Shown here: positions 59,817 to 64,000 of the stretch, one piece after another
How positions within the stretch are numbered: the first letter of the stretch is position 1
How the letters are laid out: every line of letters begins with the position of its first letter
DNA from: Alphaproteobacteria bacterium
Lineage (GTDB): Bacteria; Pseudomonadota; Alphaproteobacteria; HIMB59; GCA-002718135
NCBI GenBank assembly: GCA_045560945.1
Contig: JBJKYR010000053.1
Coordinates: 7,605-71,604 of the forward strand
Reading direction: 5' to 3'
DNA: 64,000 nucleotides
Made by a program: the position numbers and the translations under genes
The notes under the pieces: generated by a model
What the model was told of the DNA's origin: nothing
Databases searched by the model: none
The model's input: only the letters and a program-made list of their open reading frames with translations

Positions 59817-61841
59817 TTATATTAATTTTTCTTGAATTTTTTTACATATATTATCAGCTGTAATATTAAAATGTTTGTAAACATCATTGTATGGACCACT
59901 TGCACCAAAAGATCTCATACCAATGAAGTTTTCATAGTCTACATATTTTTCCCACCCATTAATTACTCCAGCCTCAACTGCAAATTTTGGTTTATTGCCA
60001 ATTATTTCTTTTTTATATTTTGCATTTTGCATTTCAAAAAGTTCCATAGATGGAAAAGATATAACTCTTAGATTAATATTTATTTCTTGTAATTTAATTG
60101 ATGCCTGAAGTGCAATTTCAACCTCAGAACCTGAAGCAAAAATTGAAGCATCATATTTGGAATAATTTTTTATTATATAAGCCCCTTTCCTAGCTAAGTT
60201 ATCTTCATAAGAATCTCTTTTATTAGTTGGCAAACCTTGTCTAGTTAATGCTAAAATAGTTGGCCCCTTAGTTTCTAGAGCTATTTCCCATGCTTCAATT
60301 GTTTCCAAAATATCACTAGGTCTTATCACATTTAAATTTGGAATAGCTCTTAAAGCAGCTAAATGTTCTACAGGCTGATGTGTCGGACCATCTTCTCCAA
60401 GACCTATGGAGTCATGTGTCATTACATATATAACAGGAAGTTTCATTAAAGCAGATAATCTTATTGATGGTCTACAGTAATCAGAAAAAACTAGAAATGT
60501 TCCTCCGTACGGTTTAATCCCTCCATGTAATGCTAAACCATTCATTACACTGGCCATAGCATGCTCTCTTATACCGTAATAAACATAGCTTCCTTTATAA
60601 TTTTCAGCATTAAAAATATCCATTCCTTTTGTTTTAGTATTATTAGATCCTGTTAAATCAGCAGACCCTCCCAGAAAGTTTACAATATGATTATTAAGGA
60701 GCTCTAGTGAACTTTCACTAGCCTTTCTTGTTGCATACTTTGCATCATCTTTAGCATATAATTTTTTAAAATTAATTATTTCAGCTTTAATATCGGAGTC
60801 TAGATTTTCATTAAAAAAATTATTGAATTTACTAGAATTTAAAAAATCTGCATTTTTATTTTCCCATTTTTTTTTAATTTCAGCGTTTCTATTTGCAAAG
60901 CCTCTCCATTCTGAGAGAAGATCATCAGGAATATAAAATTCTTCATGATTCCAATTCAAATTTTTTCTAGTAAGTTCTACCTCTTCTTTACCTAAAGGTG
61001 ACCCATGAGAAGAAGCGCTAGCTTCTTTATTAGGTGAACCAAATCCTATTTTAGTTTTACAGCAAATAATTGTTGGCTTATCAGAATTCTTAGCATTAAG
61101 TATAGCTTCATTAATTTCTTCATGATTATGACCATTAACATTTAACACATTCCAATCATATGATTTGAAACGCACTTGAATATTATCACTACTGCTTAAA
61201 GATATTTCTCCATCTATTGAAATTGAGTTATCATCAAAAAAAACTATTAGTTTATTTAATTTTAAATGACCTGCTAAACTACAGGCTTCATGACTTAATC
61301 CTTCCATCAAGCAACCGTCTCCAGCGAAAACATATGTATAATGGTTAATAAAGTCTTTGCCCAATGTAGAAGAAAGTTTACTTTCAGCCATTGCAAATCC
61401 AACAGCATTTGAAAGTCCTTGAGATAATGGACCAGTTGTTGTTTCAATACCCTCTAACTCGCCATACTCTGGATGCCCAGCTGTAGGAGAGCCTATTTGT
61501 CTAAAATTCTTAATATTATCAATACTGATATCTTTGTAGCCTGCTAAATATAAACATGCATACAGAAGCATTGAACCATGTCCGTTTGATAAAATAAACC
61601 TGTCTTTATCTATCCATTTTGGATCATTGGGATCAAATTTTAAATGATTTTTATATAAAACTGTAGCTATGTCAGCCATACCCATAGGCATGCCTGGATG
61701 TCCTGAATTTGCCTTTTGAACCGCATCAATTGATAAAAAACGTATACAATTAGCTAATTGAGATAGTTTTTCTGAGTTTATATTATTAGTTTTCAAATTC
61801 CCTCGGTATTTGTATTCTTTTACACTAATATTAATATGCAA
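59817..61841 (-). CDS. tkt: Transketolase
   Basis: 674 aa with the SGHPG and GDGCLMEG thiamine-diphosphate motifs and THDSIGLGEDGPTHQP. The exact start is uncertain. Confidence 0.95.
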   Translation of the reverse strand: MHINISVKEYKYRGNLKTNNINSEKLSQLANCIRFLSIDAVQKANSGHPGMPMGMADIATVLYKNHLKFDPNDPKWIDKDRFILSNGHGSMLLYACLYLAGYKDISIDNIKNFRQIGSPTAGHPEYGELEGIETTTGPLSQGLSNAVGFAMAESKLSSTLGKDFINHYTYVFAGDGCLMEGLSHEACSLAGHLKLNKLIVFFDDNSISIDGEISLSSSDNIQVRFKSYDWNVLNVNGHNHEEINEAILNAKNSDKPTIICCKTKIGFGSPNKEASASSHGSPLGKEEVELTRKNLNWNHEEFYIPDDLLSEWRGFANRNAEIKKKWENKNADFLNSSKFNNFFNENLDSDIKAEIINFKKLYAKDDAKYATRKASESSLELLNNHIVNFLGGSADLTGSNNTKTKGMDIFNAENYKGSYVYYGIREHAMASVMNGLALHGGIKPYGGTFLVFSDYCRPSIRLSALMKLPVIYVMTHDSIGLGEDGPTHQPVEHLAALRAIPNLNVIRPSDILETIEAWEIALETKGPTILALTRQGLPTNKRDSYEDNLARKGAYIIKNYSKYDASIFASGSEVEIALQASIKLQEININLRVISFPSMELFEMQNAKYKKEIIGNKPKFAVEAGVINGWEKYVDYENFIGMRSFGASGPYNDVYKHFNITADNICKKIQEKLI

Positions 61842-61880
61842 TAAAGTGACATTTTAAAATAATCGAATTATAAAATACAT

Positions 61881-62081
61881 ATGAAAATTGATGAAAAAAT
61901 ATCTCTTTTAAAAAAAATTATTCAAGAAATAAAAAATATTTCTGAGAATTTAGATAATGATAATAATTTTGAAAAAAAGATTGATGAATTAAATAAAGAG
62001 TTGTCAGGGTTAAAAAAAGGAATTAGAGAAAGCGTTGAAGAATTGGAAGAATTTCTTGAGGAAGAAAATGCCCGATCTTGA
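61881..62081 (+). CDS. Small coiled-coil protein upstream of zapA (DUF4164-like)
   Basis: 66 aa, entirely heptad-like and acidic. Its position directly upstream of zapA is as in other alphaproteobacteria. The call is weak. Confidence 0.35.
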   Translation: MKIDEKISLLKKIIQEIKNISENLDNDNNFEKKIDELNKELSGLKKGIRESVEELEEFLEEENARS

Positions 62082-62496
62082 GGTAAGCATATTTAATCAA
62101 AAATTAAAATTATCATATAAAGAAGATGAAAAACAAAGACTATTAAAGGCAGTAGAAACATTAAATAACAATTGGAATAAATTTTCTCACTTACATGGAA
62201 AAGTAAGCGACCTTAAGATTGCTACACTTATTAGTTTAGAACTGCAGGACTCAATTGGGGGTATTCAAGCATTAAAAGATAGGCTGAATATAAAAGAAAC
62301 TGATAATCAGTTATTAAAAAAAGAGATTAAGTTAACAAAAAAAGAGTCTGCAGAAAGTATTAATACAATAAAAAAAATCAAATCAGAACTAAATAATAAG
62401 ACTGATGAAGTATCAAAATTAGAATATGCTTTAGAAGAATTTCATAGTGAACTTACGCAAATTAAAAATAATATTTTAAAAAAAAATCATGAATGA
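62068..62496 (+). CDS. zapA: Cell division protein ZapA with extended C-terminal coiled coil
   Basis: 142 aa from the Met at 62068 (MPDLEVSIFNQKLKLSYKEDEKQRLLKAVETLN...), matching the ZapA N-terminal pattern (V.I.G..Y.L.C...E..RL..AA..L). The track ORF start at 62035 is probably an upstream extension. Confidence 0.6.
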   Translation: MPDLEVSIFNQKLKLSYKEDEKQRLLKAVETLNNNWNKFSHLHGKVSDLKIATLISLELQDSIGGIQALKDRLNIKETDNQLLKKEIKLTKKESAESINTIKKIKSELNNKTDEVSKLEYALEEFHSELTQIKNNILKKNHE

Positions 62497-63070
62497 ATTA
62501 CTTTCTCAAAAAATAAATTTGAGAAAAATTTTAACTCATAAAAGAGATTTAATAAAAAAAAATTCTACTATTGAATTTAATGTTAAGGTTTTTGAGAAAA
62601 TAAACAAATATATTAATTTTAAAGAGATTTTACATATTGCAAGTTTCATTTCAATTCGCTCAGAAATATCAACACATCAATTAAATAAAAAAATTATGGA
62701 TTTAGGTAAAACATTATCATTTCCTGTAATTAAAAGAGATTCAACAGAGCTTATTTTTATAAAAAGTAATCCAAATACTAATTTTAAATTAGGTAAATAT
62801 AATATTCCTGAACCAACAAATAAAAATGAGGAAACGCTCCCTCAATTATTTTTTGTTCCTTGCTTAGGTTTCGATTTGAATGGATATAGACTGGGATATG
62901 GAGGAGGTTTTTATGATAAAACTTTTGCAAAATTAAAAAAATTAAATTTAAAATTTTATACTGTAGGCTTTGCTTTTGATGAGCAAAAGCAAAATAAAAT
63001 ACCTATAGATGGTTTTGATTATAAATTAGATTTCGTTTTAACTGAAAAACAATTATACAAGTTTATATGA
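62489..63070 (+). CDS. 5-formyltetrahydrofolate cyclo-ligase
   Basis: 193 aa with the diagnostic GYRLGYGGGFYDKTF motif. It overlaps the zapA stop by 8 nt. Confidence 0.8.
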   Translation: MNELLSQKINLRKILTHKRDLIKKNSTIEFNVKVFEKINKYINFKEILHIASFISIRSEISTHQLNKKIMDLGKTLSFPVIKRDSTELIFIKSNPNTNFKLGKYNIPEPTNKNEETLPQLFFVPCLGFDLNGYRLGYGGGFYDKTFAKLKKLNLKFYTVGFAFDEQKQNKIPIDGFDYKLDFVLTEKQLYKFI

Positions 63071-63855
63071 AATTAGTATTTATTGGGGATATTGTCGGAA
63101 AAGAAGCTAGAGAAACATTTATTAAAAAAATTTCAGATATAAAGAATCAATATAAACCTGATGCACTGGTAGTTAATGCTGAAAATGCAGCTGCAGGTTA
63201 TGGGATCACAAAAAAAATTGCAGTTCAACTTATTGAAGCGGGTGTCGATGTAATAACGCTGGGAAATCACGCATGGGATCAAAGGGAAATGTTATCATAC
63301 ATTGAAGAATGTCCTAAAATTGTTAGGGCATTAAATTATCCAAGTGGAGTACCTGGAAAAGGCTATTATGAACTAAAACTTAATAATGATAAAAAGATTA
63401 TAATTGTGCAGGTTATGTTAAGGTTATTCATGGGTCTTTCTTTAGATGACCCGTTTAGCGTGACTAAGAATTTTTTACAAAAAGAAAAACTGGGATCAAC
63501 TTGTAGTGCCATATTCATTGATATGCATGGTGAGACAACATCAGAAAAAAATGCTTTTGGTCATTATTTTGATGGGAAAGTTTCAGCTATTCTTGGAACT
63601 CATACACATATTCCTACAGCAGATGCAAAGATACTTGATGGTGGTACTGCTTATCAAACAGACGTTGGAATGACGGGTGATTATAACTCGGTTATTGGTA
63701 TGGATAAAGAAAACCCTATTCATGGTTTTGTTAAAGGCTATAGATCAGAAAGCAGGTTTTTTCCTGCTGATAACAAAATAACTATTTGTGGAACATACAT
63801 TGAAATTGATGATAGCACTGGATTATCATTGAAAATTGTACCTTTTCAGATGTAA
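63067..63855 (+). CDS. YmdB-like metallophosphoesterase (2',3'-cyclic-nucleotide phosphodiesterase family)
   Basis: 262 aa with MKLVFIGDIVGK, NAENAAAGYGIT, GNHAWD and DMHGETTSEK motifs typical of the YmdB family. Confidence 0.8.
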   Translation: MKLVFIGDIVGKEARETFIKKISDIKNQYKPDALVVNAENAAAGYGITKKIAVQLIEAGVDVITLGNHAWDQREMLSYIEECPKIVRALNYPSGVPGKGYYELKLNNDKKIIIVQVMLRLFMGLSLDDPFSVTKNFLQKEKLGSTCSAIFIDMHGETTSEKNAFGHYFDGKVSAILGTHTHIPTADAKILDGGTAYQTDVGMTGDYNSVIGMDKENPIHGFVKGYRSESRFFPADNKITICGTYIEIDDSTGLSLKIVPFQM

Positions 63856-63933
63856 AAAATTACACATATTAGACACAATATTGATTTATTTAAATTACTT
63901 TACTGACAACGAACAAAATATTTATAGAGAGTT

Positions 63934-64000
63934 ATGGCAGGCCATTCTAAATTTAAAAATATTATGCATCGAAAAGGTGCTCAAGATAAAAAACGAGCAA
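63934..64000 (+). CDS. YebC/PmpR family DNA-binding regulatory protein, 5' end only (cut by window edge)
   Basis: My translation from the ATG at 63934 gives MAGHSKFKNIMHRKGAQDKKRA, the canonical YebC-family N-terminus. Confidence 0.75.
   Translation, partial: MAGHSKFKNIMHRKGAQDKKRA

Overview
This is 64 kb of very AT-rich, tightly packed bacterial chromosome. Many neighbouring genes overlap by 1-8 nt or share ATGA stop/start junctions, and there is little intergenic DNA. The gene content is methyl-group/C1 oxidation, sarcosine oxidase, ETF/ETF-QO, few regulators and a CIRCE-controlled groESL. Together with the extreme streamlining, this points to a SAR11/Pelagibacterales-like marine alphaproteobacterium; that assignment is inference, not a database result.

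Layout:
- 1-7.6 kb: sugar ABC uptake, NagB-like protein and ROK kinase, divergent from GH4 glycosidase, Gfo/Idh/MocA oxidoreductase and a cupin.
- 7.8-10.6 kb: intact tRNA-Arg(CCT) and a degenerate 5'-half copy of it, bracketing a three-gene cupin / UPF0261 / TIM-barrel operon of unknown function.
- 10.7-17.8 kb: flavocytochrome c sulfide dehydrogenase plus a Sox sulfur-oxidation operon (pseudoazurin, thioredoxin-like, soxYZ, soxCD, soxB) with no soxXA, ending at tRNA-Arg(ACG).
- 18-31 kb: housekeeping genes (groESL, gpx, mscS, recX, argD/argF, trkH, apaG, ompA-like).
- 32-49.5 kb: methyl-group oxidation supercluster (DmdA/GcvT-like, DMGDH-like, etfBA, ETF-QO, sarcosine oxidase BDAG, fhs, metF).
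- 50.7-55.9 kb: photolyase fused into an operon with an FAD-oxidoreductase / DUF1365 / Cfa-like / DUF2878 lipid-modification set.
- 56-64 kb: efp, gap, tkt, zapA and 5-FCL.

I saw no rRNA, CRISPR array, transposase, integrase or phage genes. Six single-base homopolymer length changes break apaG (three times), argF and the GcvT-family gene, and replace the C-terminus of suhB. I cannot distinguish sequencing artefact from real decay using sequence alone. All family calls come from reading motifs in the supplied translations, not from searches.
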